From Candidatus Woesebacteria bacterium RIFCSPHIGHO2_02_FULL_42_20 (GTDB taxonomy: Bacteria; Patescibacteriota; Microgenomatia; UBA8517), in contig MGGS01000008.1 of the NCBI GenBank assembly GCA_001792535.1, positions 11,016-75,015 on the forward strand: DNA of 64,000 nt. The letters run 5' to 3'. Under the pieces are notes generated by a model. The model did no database searches. It was not told the origin of the DNA and saw only the letters and a program-made list of their open reading frames with translations. Made by a program: the position numbers and the translations under genes. Position 1 is the stretch's first letter; each line of letters starts with the position of its first letter. Of the stretch, positions 56,047 through 64,000 are shown one piece after another.

Positions 56047-56250
56047 TTATTTGTAGATGATTAATTCTAATAGTTTTGTGAACAGGTAGTCCAGCCCTCC
56101 TAAGTAAAGCCCTACAATAAGAGAAACAGCTACCACAATGAGTGTGAGTTTTGTTACCTCATCTCGGGTTGGCCACGTGACTTTTGAAATCTCACTTTTT
56201 ACCTCCGACAGGAAGCCTAGGGTGTTTTTTATCGGGTGACTTGGTTTCAC
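56047..56250 (-). CDS. secE: Preprotein translocase subunit SecE
   Basis: FLSEVKSEISKVTWPTRDEV, a single TM helix, and its position upstream of nusG. Confidence 0.75.
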   Translation of the reverse strand: MKPSHPIKNTLGFLSEVKSEISKVTWPTRDEVTKLTLIVVAVSLIVGLYLGGLDYLFTKLLELIIYK

Positions 56251-56291
56251 AAGTTAAAATTGTAGCGTTCTTTGCTAAAATATTCAAGTAA

Positions 56292-56939
56292 ATGCACTTA
56301 ACTGGTTATAAATTTGAAAATACATTCTGGCGGAAAGGTTTATCGGTTGCCGGTGCGGATGAAGTAGGGAGGGGAAGCTTTGCCGGGCCCGTGGTTGCCT
56401 CCGCCGTTGCTTTTGCTCCGCATTCCTGTTATCGAGCTTCTTTGCTCAAACAAAAAATACGAATTGATGACTCTAAAAAATTATCAGTAGGCCAGCGAGA
56501 ATGTGCCGACAGTTGGATAAAAGCCAGTTGTATTGGTTATGGCATTGGAGTGGGCAGTGTCGGACTAATTAACCGTGCGGGAATAGTCAAAGCGACAAAT
56601 TTCGCCTTTCGTTCGGCAATTAAAAAGTTTACAATTTCATGCATGTTGAGTATAGATTATTTACTCATAGATGGGTTTTATGTCCCAAATGTAGCTAATA
56701 TTAGAAAGTCTAAACAAATACCTATAATAAGAGGAGATGCTAAAAGTATGACTATAGCAGCTGCGTCAATTATTGCCAAAGTTTATCGCGATAGTTTAAT
56801 GGTTGCATTAAATGAAGAGCACCCTGAATACTTTTGGTACCACAATAAAGGCTATGGTACAGTGGATCATATTAAATCACTAGAGAGGTTCGGGCCGACT
56901 AAGCATCATAGAAAATTATTTATTAGAAATTATATTTAA
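56292..56939 (+). CDS. rnhB: Ribonuclease HII
   Basis: GADEVGRGSFAGPVVASAV plus downstream DDSKKL and DAKS motifs. Confidence 0.85.
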   Translation: MHLTGYKFENTFWRKGLSVAGADEVGRGSFAGPVVASAVAFAPHSCYRASLLKQKIRIDDSKKLSVGQRECADSWIKASCIGYGIGVGSVGLINRAGIVKATNFAFRSAIKKFTISCMLSIDYLLIDGFYVPNVANIRKSKQIPIIRGDAKSMTIAAASIIAKVYRDSLMVALNEEHPEYFWYHNKGYGTVDHIKSLERFGPTKHHRKLFIRNYI

Positions 56940-57130
56940 TAATTTCTTTTTTTCTCCAACTCGCGAAGGTGCTCTATTTTATATTTTTTCTCTTTGCGTC
57001 GCTCCGAGGGACTTTTGTAGCGCTCCCTTTCTCTATAGTCAATCAAAACTTTCTCCGACAAGACTTTTTTCTTGAAGCGAGCAATTAGTTTGTCTTCCGA
57101 CTCTCCCTTGAGTCGTTTGACGACTACCAT
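56936..57130 (-). CDS. rpsU: 30S ribosomal protein S21
   Basis: MVVVKRLKGESEDKLIARFKKKV...YKSPSERRKEKK. Confidence 0.8.
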   Translation of the reverse strand: MVVVKRLKGESEDKLIARFKKKVLSEKVLIDYRERERYKSPSERRKEKKYKIEHLRELEKKRNY

Positions 57131-57246
57131 GAATAATCGCCCCCTTCCTAGAGGTTCTTATGAGACATGACAAGCGGCTTATATTCATAAAATCACCATC
57201 CGCAAGTATTCTAACAAAATCTTTACAAAAGTGCTAGACTACTTTC

Positions 57247-58506
57247 ATGCCTGAAAGCCTATATAAAAATGCCGTTTCTCAACTGAAAGAAGTAGCTAAG
57301 TTACTAAAGCTTTCCAAAAAAGAGGTTGACTACCTTTCAAAGCCCGAGCGTTTCCACAAAAATACTCTTCGGGTGAAAATGGATAACGGAGCAATTAGAC
57401 AATTTAAAGCTTTCAGGTCGCAACACAACAGCGCCCGTGGGCCATATAAAGGTGGGATAAGATTTCACCCTCAAGTTTCCCAAGACGAAGTAATGGCCTT
57501 GTCGATGTGGATGAGCTGGAAGACGGCCGTTGTCGGTATTCCCTATGGTGGTGGAAAAGGCGGAGTTGTCGTTGACCCCGGGGAATTGTCAGTTGGGGAG
57601 CTCGAAAGGTTATCCCGAACATACGCCGGCTGGGCGGGAAAGTTTATCGGTCCGTGGACTGACGTGCCGGCGCCGGATGTAAATACAGACAGTCAGGTTA
57701 TGGCATGGATGGTAGACGAGATAGAAAAAACCCAAACTTCCAAAACTCAAAAACTCCAAGTGAACCCGCGGGCAACATTTACCGGTAAGCCTCTGGAAAT
57801 AGGCGGGTCACAGGGTAGGGAAGAAGCAACCGGCTTGGGCGGCTTTTATACATTGGAAAAGTTGACTCATCACTCTTCACTCGTCACTCGTAACTCTACT
57901 ATCGCTGTTCAGGGGATTGGCAATGTCGGTTACTGGTTTGCGAAGTTTGTAAGTGACGGGGGCTATAAAGTCGTGGCAATCTCCGACTCCAAGGGCGGAG
58001 TTTACAATCCGAAGGGAATAGATTTAGAGAAAGTTATGGAACACAAAAAAAAGACAGGGTCAGTTTTGGGTTTGTATCATGAACTGACTAACCAGGAACT
58101 AATAACTCTAAACGTAGATGTCTTGGTTCCTGCCGCACTAGAAAATGTTATCACTGGTGAAAACGCCAAGGATGTCAAAGCAAAAGTAATTATCGAGTTG
58201 GCAAATGGTCCTGTCGCACCCAAAGCAGATGAAATACTTTTGAGAAGAAAAATTTTGTCGGTTCCGGATGTATTGGCAAATGCAGGCGGGGTAACAGTTT
58301 CTTACTTTGAATGGGTGCAAAATCTATCGGGCTATTACTGGGAAAAGCAGGAAGTCTTTGAAAAATTAAAAATTATTATGGATAGGGCATTTGCCGAAAT
58401 GTGGCATGTTCATTTAGATAAGCCACGATTGTCCCTTCGTATGTGCGCTTACATTAATGCAGTCTCCAAAGTTGTTTCTGTAATGCGGGTTTTGGGGAGA
58501 ATTTAG
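57247..58506 (+). CDS. gdhA: Glutamate dehydrogenase (Glu/Leu/Phe/Val dehydrogenase family)
   Basis: GPYKGGIRFHPQVSQDEV...WKTAVVGIPYGGGKGGV, and the Rossmann segment QGIGNVGYW. Confidence 0.9.
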   Translation: MPESLYKNAVSQLKEVAKLLKLSKKEVDYLSKPERFHKNTLRVKMDNGAIRQFKAFRSQHNSARGPYKGGIRFHPQVSQDEVMALSMWMSWKTAVVGIPYGGGKGGVVVDPGELSVGELERLSRTYAGWAGKFIGPWTDVPAPDVNTDSQVMAWMVDEIEKTQTSKTQKLQVNPRATFTGKPLEIGGSQGREEATGLGGFYTLEKLTHHSSLVTRNSTIAVQGIGNVGYWFAKFVSDGGYKVVAISDSKGGVYNPKGIDLEKVMEHKKKTGSVLGLYHELTNQELITLNVDVLVPAALENVITGENAKDVKAKVIIELANGPVAPKADEILLRRKILSVPDVLANAGGVTVSYFEWVQNLSGYYWEKQEVFEKLKIIMDRAFAEMWHVHLDKPRLSLRMCAYINAVSKVVSVMRVLGRI

Positions 58507-58825
58507 TTATCATGAGCGTTTGTCTTTGTTGACAAACTCATCCTTTGGCACCTATTTGTCTATTCGACTGGCCGAAGCTGCAGTAATTGAATGATTATTG
58601 ACTTCTGGTGGTAAATGGGATTGTCGGTATTCCAGGATCATCTTTAGGGAAGCGTGGACACGAAATTAAAATCACAACCGCTTCCCGTAGCGATTGCTTC
58701 AATAGCTAACGTGCAATAAGCGAAGGTGGCTCTGTTATCGCTTACCACAGCGACTCCCAGATACCTGTAATCTTTTTTTACACGATCGTCAATTTGTATT
58801 TCAGCTGACATAGTAAGAAGCTATT

Positions 58826-59164
58826 TTAGTAGAGGAGGCGCGATATGTCAAAAAGAGTGGAGATGGTTCCTAAACCGAAAAGTAAGTCTAGTGTAAAAAT
58901 TACAATAATGACTGCGAGATTTGCTTTTAGATAAGTGGAATTTTTTTGTAAAAACAATCCGTAGGGGATTTGAAGTGTGGCAAATAGTAAAAATAAAAAC
59001 TTATTTAAATACAGCGCTATTAAAGTAAAAACAATTCCGTTTATGATGAGCAGGGTCGGGAGCCAGCTCCAATAGCGCTTGTCGCGGACCATCAATACCC
59101 AAGCAGCGGGGGCAAAAAGCCAGAGCAGGATTATGACCAGAGCGTGTTTTTTCTTTGTGTCCAT
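58826..59164 (-). CDS. Small three-TM hypothetical membrane protein
   Basis: Three hydrophobic helices. Its start overlaps the 5' end of the track ORF for the SET gene. Confidence 0.3.
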   Translation of the reverse strand: MDTKKKHALVIILLWLFAPAAWVLMVRDKRYWSWLPTLLIINGIVFTLIALYLNKFLFLLFATLQIPYGLFLQKNSTYLKANLAVIIVIFTLDLLFGLGTISTLFDISRLLY

Positions 59165-59191
59165 ATATGTATTATGTATTATAATATAAAT

Positions 59192-59695
59192 ATGCTTAAT
59201 CCTGACGTAACGGTTAGCAAAAGTGAATTAGAGGGAATCGGTTTAATTGCGGCTCGTGACATTCCGGTGGGAGCTGTTATTTGGAAAATGGAGCCGGATA
59301 CAATTCAGTTGACCCCCGACAAGATATCAACAGTACGGAGCGAGTATCACAAGTTCATCCATCACTACAAAGACAGGTTTATTTTTGTCCAGGATGACAG
59401 GATGTACATCAACCACAGCTGCGACCCCAACACTTGGTGGGCAGATGACGAAACCTTAATTGCAAAACGCAATATCAAAGCGGATGAAGAAGTTACTTAT
59501 GATTATGCGACTACCGAAATTACGGAAGAAACAATGCACAAGTTTGCCTGCAATTGCGGGGCAGCGAATTGTCGCGGTTCAGTTACCCCAGGCGACTTTA
59601 AAGATCCCGACTTCCAAAAAGAACACGAAGGCCACTTGCCCAGCTGGACGGTTGCCGCTATTGCGGCAAGTAAAACCGGAAATATACTAAGTTAA
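59192..59695 (+). CDS. SET-domain protein (putative lysine methyltransferase) with Cys-rich post-SET
   Basis: ELEGIGLIAARDIPVGAVI, the NHSCDPN motif, DEEVTYDY, and FACNCGAANCRG. Confidence 0.75.
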   Translation: MLNPDVTVSKSELEGIGLIAARDIPVGAVIWKMEPDTIQLTPDKISTVRSEYHKFIHHYKDRFIFVQDDRMYINHSCDPNTWWADDETLIAKRNIKADEEVTYDYATTEITEETMHKFACNCGAANCRGSVTPGDFKDPDFQKEHEGHLPSWTVAAIAASKTGNILS

Positions 59696-60450
59696 AACCT
59701 CAAAGTTCCCTGTTTTAGTTTTGAAGTGTCCAGTTTTGGCTCGATGACCATCATCCACCCACCCCTTCTTTTAAGTGCAAAATCAAGTTCTTGCTCATTA
59801 ATTCTTTCCAATGCAAGGTAGGGATCGCGGATGATATATTCATCCCTGTCTTTGCCGGAAACTATAATTACGTGGCGGTAATCTTCTTTGGGGTTTTTGT
59901 AAAAGTCTTGGCCCCATACGCTAATGATAACGGGTATTTTTTTTTGCAGAAAGCCGTCAATGGTTTCTAAATTTGGTATTTCAAAAATATATTTTCCGCC
60001 GTCTTTAACGTATAACAGCTGTTTTGAAATCTCGCGTTTAACACCAAAAGACTTGCTTTCCTTTCGTAGTGTTGCAAGAGAAGCTAAAAGCGATTTGGTG
60101 CTTTTATGCAGCGACTCAACGGTTTCAATATTCCAAAAATGCCAATCATAGTGATAAATGACTGCTTTGTAGCCCTTTTTTAAAGCTAGCCTCCCGAGAT
60201 CTGAAAAGTATGCTCCAAAGAGGCCTGAATGTTTTTTGTAAACGTGCAGCTTTCTCCATACTTCGTCTCTGGTAATTTTGTCGCCAAAAAATTTGACAAC
60301 CATTAAGGCACAGCACCGCAGGCAGTCGTCACTTTTTGGGTCTTGGCGAATAAGCGGAATGTAGAGCATTTGCCCCAAGTATAGCAGATGTATTATACTG
60401 GTGCTTAGTGGTGGATATCGTAATACTATCTTCTTGTTGCTGTAAACCAA
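59692..60450 (-). CDS. Peptidase C39-like (papain-fold) domain protein, paralog of 19056..19559
   Basis: DCLRCCALMVV Cys motif and a later YRHVIIVSG...YIIRDP His region. The 3' end overlaps the SET gene stop by 4 nt (convergent). Confidence 0.45.
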   Translation of the reverse strand: MVYSNKKIVLRYPPLSTSIIHLLYLGQMLYIPLIRQDPKSDDCLRCCALMVVKFFGDKITRDEVWRKLHVYKKHSGLFGAYFSDLGRLALKKGYKAVIYHYDWHFWNIETVESLHKSTKSLLASLATLRKESKSFGVKREISKQLLYVKDGGKYIFEIPNLETIDGFLQKKIPVIISVWGQDFYKNPKEDYRHVIIVSGKDRDEYIIRDPYLALERINEQELDFALKRRGGWMMVIEPKLDTSKLKQGTLRF

Positions 60451-60556
60451 ACGCTAATTGGTTTACAGATTAGTGTCTTCTAACCTCAAACTTTCGCCAA
60501 GAAAATAGCAATTTGTAAATCAATGAGCCAGAGGCTCATGAAGGAGGTGATACAAA

Positions 60557-60787
60557 TTGGCTAACCAGATTAAAACTTTCTACTTTAAAAGGGCCGAATA
60601 TTTTGTCGGCGACGCTAACGGCAGCGAAATTTTGCTAAAAATTGATTATAAAAATAAAAAATATGAATTGGAAAACAAAGGCAAGAAAAATGGAATTTTG
60701 GTTCGGGAAGCTAAAAAAATCGGAAAGAGTTTAATCAAACGAAAGCATGGAATGAATTTTGTGGATAGGGTTATTGGCAAAGGTTGA
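60557..60787 (+). CDS. Small basic hypothetical protein
   Basis: 76-aa ORF preceded by GGAGG 8 nt upstream. Confidence 0.3.
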   Translation: MANQIKTFYFKRAEYFVGDANGSEILLKIDYKNKKYELENKGKKNGILVREAKKIGKSLIKRKHGMNFVDRVIGKG

Positions 60788-60829
60788 ATTGTTAAAATTT
60801 TAGTGCTAGGATTGCGCCAAGGTAAAAAA

Positions 60830-61585
60830 ATGACCAAGTTAAAAAGCATTTTTATACCTGCCGCTTTTCTAGCCACCCTTTCTTTTTTGGCATTTGTAAA
60901 TTTGAGTAGTGCGGTTGAAGTTAAACCTTTACCGGTAACTGTTTCGGTATGCATTGTCGGGGGTTGCTCGGGGGAGCTGTGTGTCGATGAAACCCGCGGG
61001 CCAATGGAGAGCATTTGCCTGTATCGTGAAGAGTATTCTTGTTTGAAATATGCCAAATGTGAAGTGCAATCAACGGGTGTTTGCGGCTGGACTTACGGGC
61101 TTGAATATACATTGTGTGTCGGCGGTGGGCCGGTAAAAACTCCTGACATAACACCACATATTAGCCCGACAATAAAGCCTGAACCCACTGAGGTACCAGT
61201 TTCACCAATTTGCGGTAATAACATTTGCGAACCAGGTGAGGCAGACTATGATAACTGTCCAATATGCGAGCCGGGTCGGCCGTGTCCGATGAGACCGTGC
61301 GTTCTGTTAGAAGGCAGCTGTCCGGCTGATTGTCTGGCCAAACCAACACCGACTTTCTATGCGACACCTGTACCCAGGTCGTCGGTAATTCCCATCCCTA
61401 GCCCGAAACCATCAGCCAGTCCTTTGTCAACAATCTTGCCGGTACCTGGTTATTTTCCTTTGCCGACGGTAAGCCCTGATTGGCCAGGGAATCAGGAACC
61501 ATTACTTAAAAAACATTTTCAATTTAATTGGAAAATGCTTTTCAGGAAAATTAAATTTAATTTTGGTTATTTCCAATTTGATTAA
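60830..61585 (+). CDS. Secreted Cys-rich hypothetical protein (signal peptide + ~20 Cys + Pro-rich tail)
   Basis: MTKLKSIFIPAAFLATLSFLAFVNLSSA signal, then CGNNICEPGEADYDNCPICEPGRPCP-type Cys spacing. Confidence 0.4.
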   Translation: MTKLKSIFIPAAFLATLSFLAFVNLSSAVEVKPLPVTVSVCIVGGCSGELCVDETRGPMESICLYREEYSCLKYAKCEVQSTGVCGWTYGLEYTLCVGGGPVKTPDITPHISPTIKPEPTEVPVSPICGNNICEPGEADYDNCPICEPGRPCPMRPCVLLEGSCPADCLAKPTPTFYATPVPRSSVIPIPSPKPSASPLSTILPVPGYFPLPTVSPDWPGNQEPLLKKHFQFNWKMLFRKIKFNFGYFQFD

Positions 61586-62055
61586 TGTCTAAAAAGTCCT
61601 TTTTCTTGGGTTTAATTATCGGAGTTTTAGTCGGTGGTTTAATAGGCTATATCGAAGCCGGTGTTGGCCAAACAATTAACCTTAAAACAATGGCCGTTGT
61701 CGTCAATAAGTCAGGTGAGCAAACGACTTTGTCAGCCCGCTATGGCAGCCCGAAAGCGGCCAAGGACGGGGCAAAATTTGTATCGGTTAATTTGACTTTG
61801 GCAAACACGACTACCAGTGAGTTTACCTTCCGACCCGACGAAAACATCAGGTTGGTGGATAGTATTGGCAGGGAATACGAAACTTATTCCGATTCCATTG
61901 GTGCAGTTGACGATTATTTAAACTACAAGGATTTATCTCCGTCGATTGATGTTTCAGGAAGTTTGATTTTCGAAATTCCGGAAGACGCAACCAGCTATTA
62001 TTTATTGATCGCTAAAGAGCAAAGCAAAGAGATTTATAAAGTTTCTCTGATATAA
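61585..62055 (+). CDS. DUF4352-like membrane-anchored protein
   Basis: N-terminal TM helix, then the FVSVNLTLANTT...F.L.DS.GREYE...GSLIFEIPEDA pattern. Confidence 0.5.
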   Translation: MSKKSFFLGLIIGVLVGGLIGYIEAGVGQTINLKTMAVVVNKSGEQTTLSARYGSPKAAKDGAKFVSVNLTLANTTTSEFTFRPDENIRLVDSIGREYETYSDSIGAVDDYLNYKDLSPSIDVSGSLIFEIPEDATSYYLLIAKEQSKEIYKVSLI

Positions 62056-62063
62056 TCTGCTTC

Positions 62064-62825
62064 ATGCTCGGGCCGGAAAGGCTGGGAACGGCGAATTTAC
62101 TTACTGAAAGTTTTACAAGAAGAGGCGTTGTTGTCTTTTTCTGCGACGTCGACGACACGTTAGTCGATACTTCTTGGCTTTATAAAATATTCATGAGCGA
62201 ATATGCCAGCTATATCGCAAGGCTAAACGGAAAGATAGATTCCGAGGTTGTGCGGGAAACAATGGGAAACGCGATTAGAGGTTTAAGAAGCACTTTTCGT
62301 GTTCATCCGACGATTCTGAAAGAGTCAGCCCGACTTGCTGCTTTACAATACGGAGTCGATTTTTACAGCGATAAATCAGTTAGCCAAGTTTCGCGGCTGA
62401 TGGACCTGTATACTAGCGCGCCACCGGCTTTCGATGGTGTATTGGAAGCAATGGAAGTTATTCACGCGTCTGGGGTTAGGATAATTGCCATGAGTCACTC
62501 TCCAGAAGACTGGACAGAAAAGAAGCTTGCGCAAAATGGTCTTTTAAAGTTTTTTAATGAGATTTATGGAGTAGACACGACCAAGTTTAAAGACGGCCCT
62601 GCATGGCGCTATGTTTTTGGGAAATACCAAATTGATCCAGCACACGCGATGATTGTTGGGGACAGTTGGGCCACAGACGTGAAGCCCGCTCTTGAAAACC
62701 AGGTCTTACCTCAAAATATTATTCGAGTAATGACAGACTATACTCACGCGAACATCGGGCGAATTGATGGCATACAGGAAGTAAAATATTTTCGCGATGT
62801 TCCCGGCGCGATTGTTTCGGGGTAG
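62064..62825 (+). CDS. HAD-superfamily hydrolase
   Basis: FFCDVDDTLVDT (motif I DxDxT) and a C-terminal VGDSWATD (motif IV). Confidence 0.6.
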   Translation: MLGPERLGTANLLTESFTRRGVVVFFCDVDDTLVDTSWLYKIFMSEYASYIARLNGKIDSEVVRETMGNAIRGLRSTFRVHPTILKESARLAALQYGVDFYSDKSVSQVSRLMDLYTSAPPAFDGVLEAMEVIHASGVRIIAMSHSPEDWTEKKLAQNGLLKFFNEIYGVDTTKFKDGPAWRYVFGKYQIDPAHAMIVGDSWATDVKPALENQVLPQNIIRVMTDYTHANIGRIDGIQEVKYFRDVPGAIVSG

Positions 62826-63113
62826 AATTAAAACCCGTTTTGTCTTGCCTTCTTTATTTGTCTCCTGTGCTCAATTAAAAATCCGACTACTATCCAGAAG
62901 ACGATAAGCAGAGTAAATGTTATTTGCCATGAGGCTGGCGATATTTTTTTACCGATAATATTGTAGATAATATTAACCGACATAAAGCCCCCGGCGAAAG
63001 TTATCAGAAATATTGTTGATAAATAATCGAAATTTTTTTAATATTTTTTATATTGTTCGTATCTAATGATCAATAACTTCTTAAACACTTTGTAGTATTA
63101 TAACAGTTAAATT

Positions 63114-64000
63114 ATGACAGAAAGAGACAAGATTGAGTTTTCTGATTTGAGGCCAACTTTGCGAGATAAAGTCGCTACTGTGAGGTTATTTATTGGCTCA
63201 ACTGTGGATGGTTTAGTAGCTTTTGATACTAATAAAATTGCCGGAGATATGGACAAGGATATCAGACACAGGGTTGCTTATGCCTTAATACCTCATATTT
63301 GGAGAAACCTTGCAGGGATAGATAGACGCAGATTTATTAACTCTCCGCTATATGAATTATTTGCTAATAGTTACAGGTTGGTCTGCTTCTACGACGATTT
63401 GTGTGATGAAAGAGATGGAGGTGTGCCATTGCCAACAAAAGATGAACTTGCATCAAGTGAATATGCTCGCCAGCTTCTTTGCAGCGTTGTAAATATAGTT
63501 CATAGACAGCTAAAAACTCCCGCTTGTGAGCGTATTAAATTCATTGGTAATTTGGCACATTTTCGAAGACAGGAATATGAATGGCTGCAGGAGTTTGAAC
63601 CTGGTGATCGTGACTGGAAAACTTTTTCATTTGATGAGGTTGTAGGGTATAAGGAGTTAACTGGTAGTTTAAATGCGCGAATTGCATCTGAAGTTTGTGG
63701 TTTACCTTTTTCTGAAGTACCGCAACAAAAAAAAATATTTATTGAAGAATCAATGGTGAATGCATTATTGCTTATGCAAATTGCAGATGATGTTAGAGAC
63801 TGGAGAGAAGATGTAAGATTCGGTAATTTAAACTATTTCACTTCTGCTGCAGTTGGGACAGGTGAGCTTGGTCGGTTACTTGGAAATACTGATAAGTTAC
63901 CACCGAGATCAGTGGCACCTGAGTCAATGGAAATGTGTGACCGAGTAGCAGTGGGTTATCTTCAAAAGATTCCAAGTGAGTATAGAGGTTTGAAAGGAGT
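63114..64000 (+). CDS. Isoprenoid-synthase-fold protein with two DDxxD motifs (polyprenyl synthase/terpene synthase-like), 3' end beyond window
   Basis: The manually translated frame is open from the ATG at 63114 to the window end. It contains FYDDLCDE and, ~125 aa later, QIADDVRDWRED. Confidence 0.4.
   Translation, partial: MTERDKIEFSDLRPTLRDKVATVRLFIGSTVDGLVAFDTNKIAGDMDKDIRHRVAYALIPHIWRNLAGIDRRRFINSPLYELFANSYRLVCFYDDLCDERDGGVPLPTKDELASSEYARQLLCSVVNIVHRQLKTPACERIKFIGNLAHFRRQEYEWLQEFEPGDRDWKTFSFDEVVGYKELTGSLNARIASEVCGLPFSEVPQQKKIFIEESMVNALLLMQIADDVRDWREDVRFGNLNYFTSAAVGTGELGRLLGNTDKLPPRSVAPESMEMCDRVAVGYLQKIPSEYRGLKG

Noticed and set aside
57867-57896. gdh heptamer repeat as a true insertion
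   Set aside because: The DNA periodicity is visible, but the encoded segment has the normal length for this region of GDH. It is kept only as supporting evidence for the motif family.
1-64000. CRISPR array / rRNA genes
   Set aside because: No regularly spaced direct repeats with unique spacers were seen. No 16S/23S/5S-like conserved stretches were present.

Overview
This 64-kb window is AT-rich (roughly 40-45% GC) with compact, often overlapping genes. The content suggests a small-genome, probably uncultivated bacterium (CPR/Patescibacteria-like): comEC is split into two ORFs, several ribosomal proteins and NusG carry N-terminal extensions, many genes encode small secreted or membrane hypotheticals, and two large surface proteins end in multi-helix transmembrane tails.

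Recognisable housekeeping genes, in order: leuS 3' end, comEA, split comEC, argS, a P-type ATPase next to mgtE, an M16 peptidase, ndk, tRNA-Pro(CGG), tRNA-Arg(CCT), mreB, a WecB/TagA glycosyltransferase, type-2 IPP isomerase, a polyprenyl synthase, uppS, rplL-rplJ, rplA-rplK-nusG-secE, rnhB, rpsU and gdh.

The most notable accessory features:
- (a) An operon of a 7TM membrane protein followed by four tandem RimK-like ATP-grasp ligases, the first fused to a retropepsin-like PF05618 domain. This is a candidate novel peptide/amide-ligation system.
- (b) An ~11.5-kb accessory island inserted inside the conserved rplKA | rplJL ribosomal cluster. It carries two HepT/MNT toxin-antitoxin pairs, an AbiE-like wHTH+NTase pair, GC-rich hypotheticals and a pair of ~250-bp degenerate direct repeats.
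- (c) A chimeric MNT-HepT fusion remnant.
- (d) In-frame heptanucleotide (TCACYNR)n micro-repeats inserted at two sites in argS, with related repeats in fni and gdh.
- (e) A ~470-bp GC-rich non-coding block between argS and the ATPase that looks like a structured RNA.
- (f) An IS481-like DDE transposase next to the split comEC.
- (g) A PP2C-FHA fusion, a wHTH regulator flanked by two truncated gene fragments, a SET-domain protein, and a perfect 30-bp palindrome.

No CRISPR array and no rRNA were found. Every family assignment is by eye from the translations; nothing was computed.
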